Assembly: GCA_047495785.1 (NCBI GenBank)
Contig: JBLDXI010000042.1
Coordinates: 1 to 64,000 of the forward strand
Source of the DNA: Lepidodermella squamata
Lineage: Eukaryota; Animalia; Gastrotricha
Length of the DNA: 64,000 nt
Reading direction: 5' to 3'
Shown: piece by piece, positions 37,063-49,800 of the stretch
How the letters are laid out: each line of letters opens with the position of its first letter
How positions within the stretch are numbered: position 1 is the stretch's first letter
Notes under the pieces: generated by a model
The model's input: only the letters and a program-made list of their open reading frames with translations
What the model was told of the DNA's origin: nothing
The model's database searches: none
Position numbers and translations under genes: made by a program

Positions 37063-39091
37063 ATGGCTTCTCATTATTTCGCAGTTCTGCTAATAACGAT
37101 TCTTCACTTCGATTCTACGCATTGCAAGCAGTTGAACTGGGTTCGATGCTTCTCGCAATTCAGCAATCGATTTACCAACTGCGTCCCAGTCGCCACTGGT
37201 TGTGATCCTCTTCGTGAATTTCCAGTAATATCCAGCTTAATTTTAACCTCTAACCCGAAAATTTGAATTATTTTTACCAATAGTGGGGTGCGACATGGCG
37301 CTTATCCGACTATTGCAATCGCGGGGTAAGATGATCTTCGATCTCTAAAAAAAAAATCAAATAATTATTGTTCCAAATCACAGAATGGCAGGATGTGCTA
37401 CAAATACGAATCTCTAACTCCATTTTGCGTACCTGGAAACGTCGGCTGTAACAATCAGGGTGAAATGAACGTAAGAGTCAATTTGATTCCGTTCGTAATC
37501 CTTTACAGATTTTCCCTCTCTATTTTGCCAGCTGTTTTGGTATGACAGTACCAAGCCAGCGTTGAATTTGAGATTCAACCTCAACGAGTGCGAGAAGGTC
37601 AAAGCAAAATTCGAGGTATGGCAGTCGCTTAAATTTGCAACCTTTTTAAAGGTTTTTGCTTTTCAGACCCTGCGTTTCAGGCGTTGTACTTTCAACGGCG
37701 GGATTACAACTTGCGTCCCCGACCCTTACACATGCCCAGAAAATTTGGTAAGATACCCTAGCAAGAAAAATGAGGGTTTCAATATGTTTATCTTATTGTA
37801 AAGGTCACCGAACCGACTGTCTATTCGAATCTCACGTTGTGCACAGCTGAAGAGGGTGAGGTCGAAATTCATTAAAAATGGGACGGCGAGGGATAAATTA
37901 CTGAAAAATTTCCCAAGACTCTGGAAAATGCAATTTTTTTACATTTTTACTATTTCCCGATTTTACGGGAATTTTAACAAATTTTACTGATTTTTTTTTT
38001 CATTTTTCAGTAACTGTCCCAATCAGCGAGACGCCTCACATTCGTTGCTTCGATGCAACAACTGCCAAATTCACTGATTGCCAACCTGTCAGCTCTGGAT
38101 GCGATGCCGAGACTGAAACACAAAAATATTCGATCAATGTTTACATCAATCTCGAAAAGTGCCTCATCGGGGTGAGCGTTGTTCTATGGGAAAGACTTAT
38201 TTTTGCTACAATCAATATCATTCAATTTAGAACGCCGTTCAATGCGTGGATTCATCTCAAGCAAAGTCTTGCCATGCCATTTGCCCATCAGATCAAACAC
38301 AGGTAAAACCAACTAAGCGTAGAGCCGATTCTACTTTAATTTGTCTTGTTTCAATTCCAGCAAGCGATTTACTCGGACAACGAGAGTTTTCAGGACAACC
38401 ATGGAGCTTGTATGACTGCTATAACCCCAGTTGTGAGTTTCCGATATTGATTTGATTCGAAGTTTAGAAATGATTGTAATTAAATCGAAAATTTTGAAGA
38501 ATTTTGAAGTTTTCGGTAGCCAATTTCAATTGTGGAACTTTTAGTTCTTCAATGATATTTATTTTTCCTTTCTCATTCCAGGTACCTACCGTTCGATGCG
38601 TTAGTACTAGCGACGGCACTGTGACATGCCGATCGAGCTCTGATGGCTGTCAAACTGGCAGCGAGATACGCTTCCCAGCCAACGTTACATTTAATAGCGA
38701 AGAAACCTGCACGAATGCTCGGAAGAAATATTTCGCGGTATTCAAGCCAACGTTCGGCGTAAAGATCCTACGTTCCGAAGCGGACAGTATGTGCCAGCAG
38801 CGGGATGCCAAATTAGCGAAGTTTGAAGATGCAATGGAACTAGCGAAGATCGGTTACGGAAGCATCATAAAGAATATCGATACAGCCTGGATTGGCCTGG
38901 CCCCGGATTCCGGTGTGCTGAAGTGGTGGGACGGATCTGTGTTTCAGCCAGGCCTGTACACCACAGGATCTAACTTGAACAGCGATTCATGTGCTCAAGT
39001 TCTTTACCTGGGCTTACCTGGTATTGGGTTTCAGCCGGTTGCATGTGACGCTTCGCTTACTTCTGGCATCTGCGAAACGTACATTACGTAA
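37063..39091 (+). CDS. Lectin gene F: signal peptide + 6 four-Cys modules + CTLD, apparently intact
   Basis: Starts MASHYFAVLLITILHFDSTHC; ten exons join in frame through GT-AG introns; terminal exon from 38582 ..CQQRDAKLAKF..WIGL..WWDGS..ICETYIT*. Confidence 0.85.
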
Positions 39092-39581
39092 ACCGGAAAA
39101 TAACATTTGCGTGAGACGGAGAGCAGGCTATGTGATTGAATTCACGTTTTTTGGAATTAAAGCTGTCGAAATTGCACCGATTAATAAAGGGGTTCCTTTT
39201 CGATCCTTTTTGATCCTTATTGTCGGTTTTTCTTCTATTTACACGCCTGCATTTGCTTAAAAAAATTGTCAGTTGTTAATGAGTTCAGCATCTATTTACC
39301 AAGGATTTTTTAGCTATGCCATACGGTAGCCGGCGAGTGCTAGCAATTTCATGCGAAACCAACCTGATAGATATGCGGTAGAAACATGGAGGGAAAATAC
39401 CCGTTTTTTGTGTATATTTTCCGAGATATTCGCCCAATCGGCTGTAAAACACGCATTTTTAGCCAAAGATCAACAAATTAACGAATGACCGCTGAGTAAA
39501 TAATATTTTTTCGAGAACTGGATTTTTACGCACATATGGTTAAGAAAAAAACAACAGCACACTACTAATATTTTTGACAAT

Positions 39582-41217
39582 ATGGGTGAATATTTCAAAT
39601 TCAGGTTAAATTCTAAACAATCGCATATTTACTACTACTTGCTTACTGCTGTAGTTCTCGCCATTGTTTCTATCTACACGTGGCATACTTCGAATAAAAT
39701 CAATGTTGCCACATATTCGGAGAGCTTTTGGAGTTCGCAAGACTGGAGCAATATCTCAGCAGAAATGTTGTTCAGCAAGGCTTCCGAGGGTTTTGATGAT
39801 TCATCGACTGTTTCGGACTATCTGCATGACCTTGAATTGCGGAACAAACAGGCTGACATTCTGGTTGAGGTGATTCAGCACGACTTCATAGCAAAAATTC
39901 GACAATCCATGGACGGAAGCGCCCAATCAGTCCCCTCAAAGGCAAGAACTATTGGGAAGAATACATATTTTTTTAAAACTGAGCTCAATTTGAACATTTC
40001 GAAGAATTTGAGCTAGAAATCGGAGCCAGATAGGGATTTCCTGGAAATGTTTTGATTTGATTTTATATATATGTGCATTACAGATTTTTGAGTATCGATG
40101 CATCACTGGGCTGAATTGTGGCGGATTCGCCGATCGGTTACGAGGCGTCTTATCATCTTTCTACTTTTCATTAGCCCTCAATCGACCTCTAATCATCAAC
40201 TGGTCGAAGCAAAACCGGCTCTCCGAATATTTTCCAGTCGATTTATACGAGAAATTTGAAAAAATCGACGAAAATTCTACTACGGAATTTTTCAGGTACT
40301 TCAACACTAAAGGCGATGTGCAAATTTACACCGATATGAGCGATGCTACATTTAAGGAAAATATCGAAAACATGACTCACGCGACTTTTAATACCAATTC
40401 AATGGTTCCAATTTTGATGATGTTGGAAAATCCTGAATTTCACAGTTTTCTCCGGAGAATTATCTTACCTATTCTCGATCGAACGTCAGTTTTCAAAATC
40501 GACGGATCCATCTTAATCACAGCAGCATTGAGGATTTTGCTACCTCGCCCGCGTGATGAATTGATGGAACTAATTGGACGATGTGTTATGGTGGATTCGA
40601 CAAAATGGGACGAGTCTTACTAAATCGGCGTTCAAATTCGATTGGGAGATGATGATGAATTCTTCATGGATCCTAAAGAAGTTTCTTGTTACGGCGATAT
40701 GGTTGCCAGCCAAATTTTAGCAGCGAGGGAGTCGACATTTATAATTTTCCTGACATCAGACAAATTATTGAAGGAAAATCGCAAGCTAATAGAAAAATCG
40801 ATTTTTCAAAAAATCGATAATCGATCGATCGAAATCGATATTGTGTCAACGAGCGATCGATGCCCTGAACTCGAAGCCCACCATTCTCAGTATGATACGC
40901 CGAAAGATGCGAGTCAAAATTGGTTGTTCTACGCCCGGACTTTTCTCGATTTCTACGTTCTTACACGCATGGATGAACTCGTGATTTCGCGAAGTGGTTA
41001 CAGCGAAATGGCGTCGTTTTACAGCCTGCGACCTACTTTACGATACATTTGTAGAAAATGTAAATTCGCCATGAGAGGCTTGGGTGAAATTTTGCCTCTT
41101 GAGCATGGCTACGGCAAGGATATTCGGTTTGAGAATGTTGAGCAGGGTGCCACTTGTCACTTCCAGCATTTTAACCGAATTGGCACAACTTTCGCATTTG
41201 AAGTCTACGACGATTAA
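39582..41217 (+). pseudogene. FUT-4: full-length type II membrane fucosyltransferase-like gene with a single in-frame TAA
   Basis: N-terminal TM (YYYLLTAVVLAIVSIY). GC-AG intron 39942-40083. Motifs CGGFADRLRG, IGVQIRLGD, IFLTSD, DFYVLTRMDELVISRSGYSEMA. TAA at 40621-40623 where paralogs have AAA (Lys). Confidence 0.8.
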
Positions 41218-41503
41218 TACATTCAAGTTGAATGAATCATAGATTTGATGAAATAAAAATACCCACGCATTTTTCGGATACTTCTGCGGCTAAATTCTCT
41301 AAAATTCTCTACTATATATCACCTCGCTCAACTAAATAATTTTACGCAACATCAGCATATTTTATTATAATTAATCTCCAGAATCTAGCTAATTCGTGAA
41401 ATTTGTCAACTGAACAGCAATTGCATTCTCAAAATTGATCATAGATGTCTTAGCACGAGCTCGAGTAGTCGGCGTTTAGTAGTCGGATTAGAGCTTTTCC
41501 CAG

Positions 41504-44500
41504 TCACCCAGGAATATAAGTCTCGCATGTAGCATAGATATAAGAATAGAAGCACGAATCGGTGAAGAACTTGTATTGACCAGCGGCAGCGTCGCGATAT
41601 AACCTAACACAATTCCATGCGCCGTGATACGACCAATCATCCGCGTTGAATGTGTAGGCCGACCCGTCTTCCCACGTCAGATTTCCACTGTCAGACTGAA
41701 TGAGGCCAACCCAGGAATTAGGCGTTCCCTTGTCTGCGTTTACCTTCCTAGCTTGCGTTAACTGATCGCTAGTTTTCGGCATAGCAATGCGGCCATTGTC
41801 GTTCCTACACTGGACCAAAGCCTGAGACTTCAGCATTGATAAGAAGCCCGTAGCCGGTGTTATGAAAAATGTTTTAATAGCGTTCTGGCAGCTCGATAGG
41901 CTTGGGAATATGGTCAGAGGTGGGAAACGGCTTTCGGTGACCAAGCAGCCCCCAGTGCTAGTCGATCGGCAGGTTGGCGAGCCATTGGCGTCTTCACATC
42001 GGTGGTAACTAAGGAACAAAATTATACAGTTTTTTTCAGCGGTCAGAAGTACAGAGGGAAATGGGGGGTATATCGTATTCACAAGGCTAAGGTGGAAAGC
42101 CTAGAAAGAGCAACACATTTTATGACAAATTTGGGCCAGAAAATAAGTTCGAAAATCCCACTTCACGCAATGAGCTCTTATTTACTTTTTCGATCTTTGA
42201 GCTTCTATGGAATTTTTCTACACCGATTTTATTTGGACTCAATGATCCCCGCTTTGATTTTTTGGGTTTACTCTCCTTGACCTCTCGAGTTCTGAAATCG
42301 TTTCAAATCTGCGAGATTTCATTTTACTTTTGTTGAAAAGACAGAATAGTAAGCCGTTGCTCTTTCGTAACCTTGGAGGGTATATTGTTTAAAATGACTT
42401 ACTTCTGATTACAAATGTCGAAGTTGTCGAACAGCTGACCATTAGCCCAGGAAATCTGTAATAATGAAAAATCTTTGGCTAGTGAACGTTTATGAAATAA
42501 ATCAAGGCAACCGCGTTAGCTGGGCAGTTCTCTGATTGAGGGTAGCACACCACGACTGATTTTGTTGCACTATTGACGCATTTGATGTGTTTACCCTAAT
42601 ACGAGAAACGAACGGACGTAGAATGAATATGACGTAGCTAAATGCTCTACCTACTGAATCAACGAGCTGCACGCTTCGAAAGAATCAAAGAGAGAGTCTG
42701 GAGTTCCAACCCGATTGAGCTGATAAACAAATGGTTAAACAATACTCGTTTATATGAGATGGTATCATTCTTACATCGAATTTCCCAGCTCCTGTAGGAC
42801 AAGTTTCACGACAGGTGCCACCAGTTGTAGCATCATAGCACAGTCGAATAAACTATCTCGCCATAATTTGGGACATGGAGAAATGGAATTAGAGAGCGTA
42901 GTCTTACCCCTGCCTCGCACTCCGCTTTGGTAGTGTAAACCGTTAGACCTAGAGTCTGCAAAGTAAGAAAAATGTGTTGCTATACGTACCCCTGCCAAGC
43001 CAAAAGATCTTACATTACTCCCATCGCATTGTTGCGGGACTGGTTTGCAGCCAGGGAATGTCAGCCCTGTCGATTCGAAGCAGCGGCGATATGGATACAT
43101 GTCCGGAGGTGCTGGGAATCGCATTATTGCAAGAAAATTATCAGTCCAGGCAGAAATTGATCAAAACATACCCGATGTGCACTCTTTCAATGTATTGAAT
43201 GTGGCACCCGCGATAGTGCCGTTCGGGCAGGTTGAACCATTCGCAACGGGGATGCAACTCGTGAAGGTGAACGAGGTTCGGTCCACGCAGAGCTGGTGAG
43301 GTTTCTATCATTATTATAAGGAATTTCGGGACATTTCATGGCAATTATAATGTTCTGCAAACCAGTGTTAGGAGGCAATCGGCGTAATTGCTAGCAAAGT
43401 CTGGCTTCGAGCTGAATGTTGAACCCTAAATGGCTGATAATTGAAAACAATCCAATATCGTGAAACTCGAACCCACCACTGTCATGGGAGCTGGGCAAGA
43501 GTTGCGGCATACCAAGCCATTCGGCGTGGAGCAAAGCCCAGCTGGCTGATAAAATCGAAGTTCAACATGAAAAAAATACGATTGAAGGTAAAATTACGCC
43601 ATTAAGGCAGTGAACTTTATCGATGTAAGTGCCAGGGCTGTAGGACTGAAATTAAAGTATGATACAAAAATTGATTTTATCTTCAAAAGTATTACCTGTG
43701 TCATGCTGGTCAAATTGCAGGCTGTTGATCGGCAGCCAAGAAATGACCGGTCACTTTGAAGGAAGCATCGGTAATGCGGCAGAAAATCGCCATCGTTGCG
43801 TTTTACTGAAACGAGTGTAAAATACAAATTAAAACTAAACGATTTCGCTTCATCGCAGTTTCCAATTTTGTATGAGTGAAACTAGAAATTTTGGAAATTT
43901 TACAAACTAACGATTTTCCTGTGCCATGCATGAGAGCGTCGTGGACCAAGAGCCCACTACAACCTGCAAGAGAAATACATAATACAGTGCTCCCTCGATA
44001 TAAGCAACCCCGATAAGAGCAATCCCTCGCTACTAGCAACTTTTTTTGGATCCCGTTGATTTTATTTGTTAAAAAATTATTTTTCGACAAATTAAAATTT
44101 TTTACATGATAATTTTTAATTTACATGAAGAATTTGTTTACGTTAGCAACAGAATTGTAACGCTGCTCCTGGCGTTTTTGATTTTTCAGTTGGACGACGT
44201 GATCTCTTGATCTCCTTCTTTACAGATCGATGTTTTTTATCTCAGCACTGGCTTCAATTTTGAGATCTTGCGTGCGTGCGTGCGTATTTTTTCATTCGCA
44301 AACACTACTACTAGCCATTGATAGAAAAATTTAAAGAATGATAGTGATTACGCTACGGGTCAGGAAAAACGATTTAAAACCGCTGATTATCTACTGTTTG
44401 ACCGAAGTGTTGAGAACAGATAAAGGTGGCATTCAAGCTTGTTGTATTCCATCAAAGAGGAATTGCCGTGAATCTGTTTTAATTCAATAGAATTCTGAAA

Positions 44501-45587
44501 AAATTAAGTTAGGATGCAGCTTCGACTCCAGATTCAAGCAAACTTCCAACAAGATTTCCAAGCAAGGCTCGCCCAGAGTCCTTCAGTTTTGGTCACGGAA
44601 TTATGAGAAAAGATGGGTTTCAACCTTGGATAGGTTTTAGGCATCACAGGCTCATAGCCGAATGCCGAATTTTACCTAACATTGTTGGCTTATCCGCTAA
44701 TGTATCCATGGTTTGTCTTTGAACCAAATGGAATCGCTACATTTAATTGCAATGAAGGCTTTCAAGCTTTGTAAACATTCAAATTTCCAAATTTGGATCA
44801 ATTAAATTAAAATATCGCATTCCTATTAAATGGCTCTCAAATATCGCTGGGTCATAAATGAATATTCGATGAAATTTTTTTCAGAAATGGTTAGAAAATG
44901 TTAAAAAATGTCAGCCAGCTTAAAATACAATTGGAATTCAAATGATCAAACTTTGCATATCAAATACTATCTACCACGTCGAAAATCATTACAAAAATAC
45001 CAGATTATCTTGGATATGGCTAACCAGTAAAATCAACGTCGCCCTAGCAACTGAGAAAAAACCTGGCGACGCACTTATGATTCATCGCTAGCTCTTTAAC
45101 AGCCCTCTATTAGATCAACCCTCGATAAGAGCGATCGCGTGGATCCCGCCCCCTTGCTTATATCGAGGGAGCACTGTATTATTAAATTTGTTTTAAAAAA
45201 ATACCAAAATTCTTCTAAAATTGCTAATTTTCGCCCAAAAAAGTGGATTGTTAAAAAGATAAAACATGAAGGAAACATCTGAAAGTTGAAGGGATTTATC
45301 AATAATCAATAATGAATTATGGCTTGTTTTGGGATTTTTATGGGATTTTTTCGCTATAAGACGCAGTACAAAGTACTTACACCGCTATTCGGGCAAGAGC
45401 CATTGATTGGGATACAGGTTCGATCGCCATTTTTGTCGCAAAGCCTCGCTTGAACATCCTGCTCGCAAAAGAATAGTAGTCCTAAAGATGAAAGTTTCAC
45501 AAACTTTTAGCTCACCAGAAATTTTTTGATTGCAGACCTGCAAAGGTTATACTGCGTTTCAAAGCTATTGCCCAGGTATTCGGCAGT
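41504..45587 (-). pseudogene. Lectin gene G: modules 2b-10 + intact CTLD exon; exons 1-3 missing
   Basis: Collinear with H from exon 4 onward; terminal exon 41504-42009 is open; homology stops at the inverted-repeat element starting near 45597. Confidence 0.7.
43985..45176. mobile_element. Tc1/pogo(Tigger)-type non-autonomous element in an intron of G
   Basis: TIR CAGTGCTCCCTCGATATAAGCAA / TTGCTTATATCGAGGGAGCACTG, flanked by TA on both sides. Confidence 0.9.
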
Positions 45588-45596
45588 CTGATCAAA

Positions 45597-46499
45597 ATCT
45601 CAGTTTTTGTTTACGCTTTTTTAACGTGAATGATGACATAACAAAGGGTGACTTATTTACTTATCACCTGTCACATCTAAATTGATGCAAAAATGCGCTG
45701 CTGACCGCCTCCTGAAGAAAGAATACTCTGCTGGTGCCTTCAGATTGGAATTGAGCATTTCGTTCCTAAAAAGCCGCGGCACATCGGCCCCATATGCCAG
45801 TTTTTAGGCGCTGAAAATAGTTCATTGCATCGGGAGAAAAGGGCGACTGGCAATGCCGGAAACCAGCGACCAATTTTTGTAACTGATCCATCCGACGCTT
45901 CACATCTGTAGAATAAGGACACTATATTTTCGCATTGCAATTTATCAAAAATTATGAAAATATTCGGTTATTTCTTCGCGCAGCAAGGACATGGTAGGAA
46001 TGTTGACAAGTTCACAATAAGGACTTGAAATAGGGATTTTTTTAAAACAATTTTAAAATAATTTCTGATTTTTTGTGAATTACCGTAAAGAGGGGTATGC
46101 ATATATAAATGAGGTAAAAAATAAAGAGCAGAAAATTGACGCATTGGCGGGGATTCGAACCCTAGTCTCTCGAGTTACAGGTAGGATTCTTACCACTTTA
46201 CTACCAAGCTTAGATGAAAACTAATGCTCACGTCATCTCATTTCTCTGTTGGACTTGTACTTTTTTTAACTGAACTATTTTCAGCGCCTAAAAACTGGCA
46301 TATGGGGCCGATGTGCCGCGGCTTTTTAGGAACGAAATGCTCAATTCCAATCTGAAGGCACCAGCAGAGTATTCTTTCTTCAGGAGGCGGTCATCAGCGC
46401 ATTTTTGCATCAATTTAGATGTGACAGGTGATAAGTAAATAAGTCACCCTTTGTTATGTCATCATTCACGTTAATAAAGCGTAAACAAAAACTGAGATT
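45597..46499. mobile_element. Foldback structure with ~228-bp near-identical inverted arms
   Basis: 45597-45824 is the reverse complement of 46271-46499 with very few mismatches. Confidence 0.85.
46140..46210 (-). pseudogene. tRNA-derived pseudogene/SINE head (Gly/Asp-like)
   Basis: AGCTTGGTAGTAAAGTGGTAAGAATCCTACCTGTAACTCGAGAGACTAGGGTTCGAATCCCCGCCAATGC has an A-box, B-box GGTTCGAATCC and 3' CCAATGC; stems are imperfect. Confidence 0.6.
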
Positions 46500-46893
46500 G
46501 TCAAATTTCAAAGTTGTACCTTGCTTGAAAACGTTGTACCTTTACCTGGTCAATGCTCAAAGCTCAATGCTGGTTTTTGGCTTGTAATTTAGCGCCAGGT
46601 GAAGGGGTTTCTTTTGGTGTCATCAGATTTACCGGATTTAAAAACCCTGCTTTTTTATAATTTCTTTTAAAAAAGAGCGTTGGGAGTTGTCGAAATTGTA
46701 CCGCTTCCCGTTATGTACGTAAAACAAGATATAAGCCAGATCTAATTTATTTGCAGAAAATAATACTTCAACTTTGGTAAGTGTGGCAATGAAACAGCAA
46801 TTTCAATCTCATAACGCATCATGGAAGTTAGATAAATAGAACAGCAGATGCATATGCACGATCAGTCGTCGCTCGAGTAGCAGAGCGTTTTTT

Positions 46894-49800
46894 CTATCCG
46901 GGCAGATACGTTTCGCAAGTAGCATAGTATTGAAGATAGCAATAGTCAGTTGCAAACACAAATTTACCGTAGAAATTGTCGTAGAGGAACACGATACAAT
47001 CACTTAAGCCGCGCCAAGACCAATCATTTGCGTTGTATGTGTAAACAGAACCGTCGTCCCATGTCAGAGTGCCATTCAACTGAACCATGCCAATCCAAGA
47101 TTTATAAGTCGTTACCGCCTTGGTAACGTTGCTGGCTTTCGATAACTCACCGCTAGTTTTCGGCATTGCAATGCGGCTATTTTCGGTTGCGCAATAGGCC
47201 ACAGCTTGAGTTTTATTCAATGAGCCCCAACTGTTAAGCTGTGTGACGAAAAATGTTTTAACAACGACTTGGCAACTCGGTTCGCTTGGGAATAAAGTGG
47301 CAGGTGGGAAACGGCTTTCAGTAACCAAACAACCCCCGGTGCTAGTCGATCGGCAGGTAGGCGAACCATTTGCGGCTTCACAGCGGTGGTAGCTGAGAAG
47401 CAAAACATTTTACAAAAATCAAGAGAGAATGAGCTTCACGAATTTAATAATTACTAACCCCCTCATGCAATGCACTGCCTCGCTAATAAACCTCGGAAAT
47501 TGACCTAAACAGCCCCACCTTCATTGCCCTTCCTTAAATAGTAGTAACCTGGGCAAATAGGCTGCCTAGATTAGAGGAACCGGAACCTAATTCCGGAATT
47601 TTCTAGTTGCCTGAAATCGGTTTTAGGATAGGGGAAAATGCTTTCTGCCATTTAAGGTAATACTATAAGGTAAGAAGTAAATTAAATTAAGAAAACATTT
47701 CATTTTCAAAATTGACTTAACTAAAACTTTTACTTTAAAACTGACATAAAAAATCCCAAATCCGACTTAACCGTCCGCGCCAACGATTTGGCAGTTTTTC
47801 GGACAACTTTGGGCTAAATCAGCGGGTATTTTCGGATTTGTTGGTGGGAAAAGCCATTTTGTTGGCGAAAGTACCTAAATTGATGGCGACATTGGTTTCG
47901 TTGGTAAAAGCCCAAATCGACTTTTGACATATTTCGACTTTGGTTCAGCTACAGCAAACTCGGTTCCTCTAAAACAGAGAGCGAAGGATAAGGAGAAACG
48001 ACCTTTGGTCTTTGACTGGGTTCACCTTGCGAACCTCTTGAACTGGTAGGGATGATCCCTACCATCTCTTCGCTCTCTAAAAGATTTTCGCTGCCCTAGC
48101 ACGCATGCTAACCACATTAACTATCACCAGGAGGTCTGCTGGAAATGTGGCAATCGCGCAGCCACCCGATCTTATGAGATGAGATGGCGTTTAGTGCTTC
48201 CCTTTTCTAATTCAGCGCTCGGTAGCCCTATCTTTTGAATAAAAGCCAACATGTTGGTAGTTTGAGGCTATAGGCTATAGCTTTGCATAAACCAGTATTT
48301 CAGCTCGCGACCAAACGACAGAATTTTTAAGGCATAATTTCCCGATTTTACGAAAATGTGTAATTTGACATATATTACAAATCGCATTATTCGTCACTTA
48401 TTGGAATGGCGGCAAGTTAAAATCGCTTACTTGACATTACACGAGTCAAAGTTGTCGTACAGTTGATTATTGTTCCATGGGATCTGTAAAAAAGACAAAT
48501 CGTTGGGTACAATATGGTCAGCAACATTGAAAAGTAAGCAAGCCTACCGTGTTAGCTGGGCAGTTCACTGATTGCGGATAACACACGACAGCGGATTTCG
48601 TCGCATTGCTGACGCATTTCATGTGTTTGCCCTAATAGGATACAATTCTGCCGTTGAGCGAAAATTTCGAAGGTGAAATTGCGAACCTGAATCAACGCTC
48701 GGCACGTATCGAACGAATCCACGAGTGAATCAGGCGATCCAACTCGACCGAGCTGATTGAAAATTATTAAAACATAGCTCAAATTTGAGATAGTATCTTA
48801 CATCATATTTTCCAGTGCCATTTAGACAGGTTTCGCGACAGGTGCCGCCCGTTGTTGCGTCATAGCATAATCGAATAAGCTATATTAAGTTCATAAAGGA
48901 ATCCGAGCGGTAAAAGTAAGCGTAGACTCACCCCTGCCTCACATTCCGCTTTGGTGGGGTAAATCGTAGGACTTAAAGTCTGTAATGTATTATAGATTGG
49001 TCAAACTAAGCCAACTGCCCCAAATAAACTCACGTTACTGCCGTCGCATGGCTGCGGGGCTTGCTTGCAACCTGGGAATGTCAGCCCTGTTGATTCGAAG
49101 CAGCGACGATGAGGATACATTGTCGGGGGTGCTGAGAGTTACATTTCACATTTCATTGGAATGACAAATCCACTGGTCAAACTTTACCTGAAGTGCACTC
49201 AATCAGAGAGTTGAAGGTAGTACCTGCGATGCTACCAGTCGGGCAAGATGTACCATCCGAAACGAGAATGCATTTCATAAAGGTGTAGGTGGTTTTATCA
49301 ACGCAGAGTTGGTGAGGTTTCTATCGAAATTTAAAGGCGTTAACTCATATTTTAGTAAGCAGTTTATTTCAAACCAGCGTTACGAGGCAATCGGCGTAGT
49401 TGCTAGCAAAGTCGGTTTTCGAACTGAAAGTCGAAACCTATCGCAACAGAAATCAATAGCCGGATTAGCAAAGTTCAGAACCTACCACTGTCATTGGGCT
49501 AGGGCAGTTATTCCGGCAAACGAAACCATTCGACGAGGAGCAAACAGCTGCCGGCTGTGACCATTGAAAACGTATTCTACATAGAGACGAATCAGCGCAG
49601 TTTTAAACTTACGCCAACAATGCAGTGAGCTTTGTCGATGTATGTTCCAACGCTGTATGACTGAAATTGAATCATAAAAAATTAATGCCATATATTTTGT
49701 CTTAAAACAATTACTGTATTTTTTCCTATAACAGTCCGGGCTGCTAAAATTTCAACCTCGAAATTTTGAGAAATGTAAAAAATAGTTGGTGAATCGTTCA

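Noticed and set aside
40621-40623. Alternative genetic code or stop readthrough (TAA as sense)
   Set aside because: TAA terminates many genes here (A, F, FUTs, LINE ORF2); a single AAA->TAA change or an assembly error is simpler.
46140-46210. Functional tRNA gene
   Set aside because: The acceptor and anticodon stems do not pair properly; treated as a pseudogene/SINE head.
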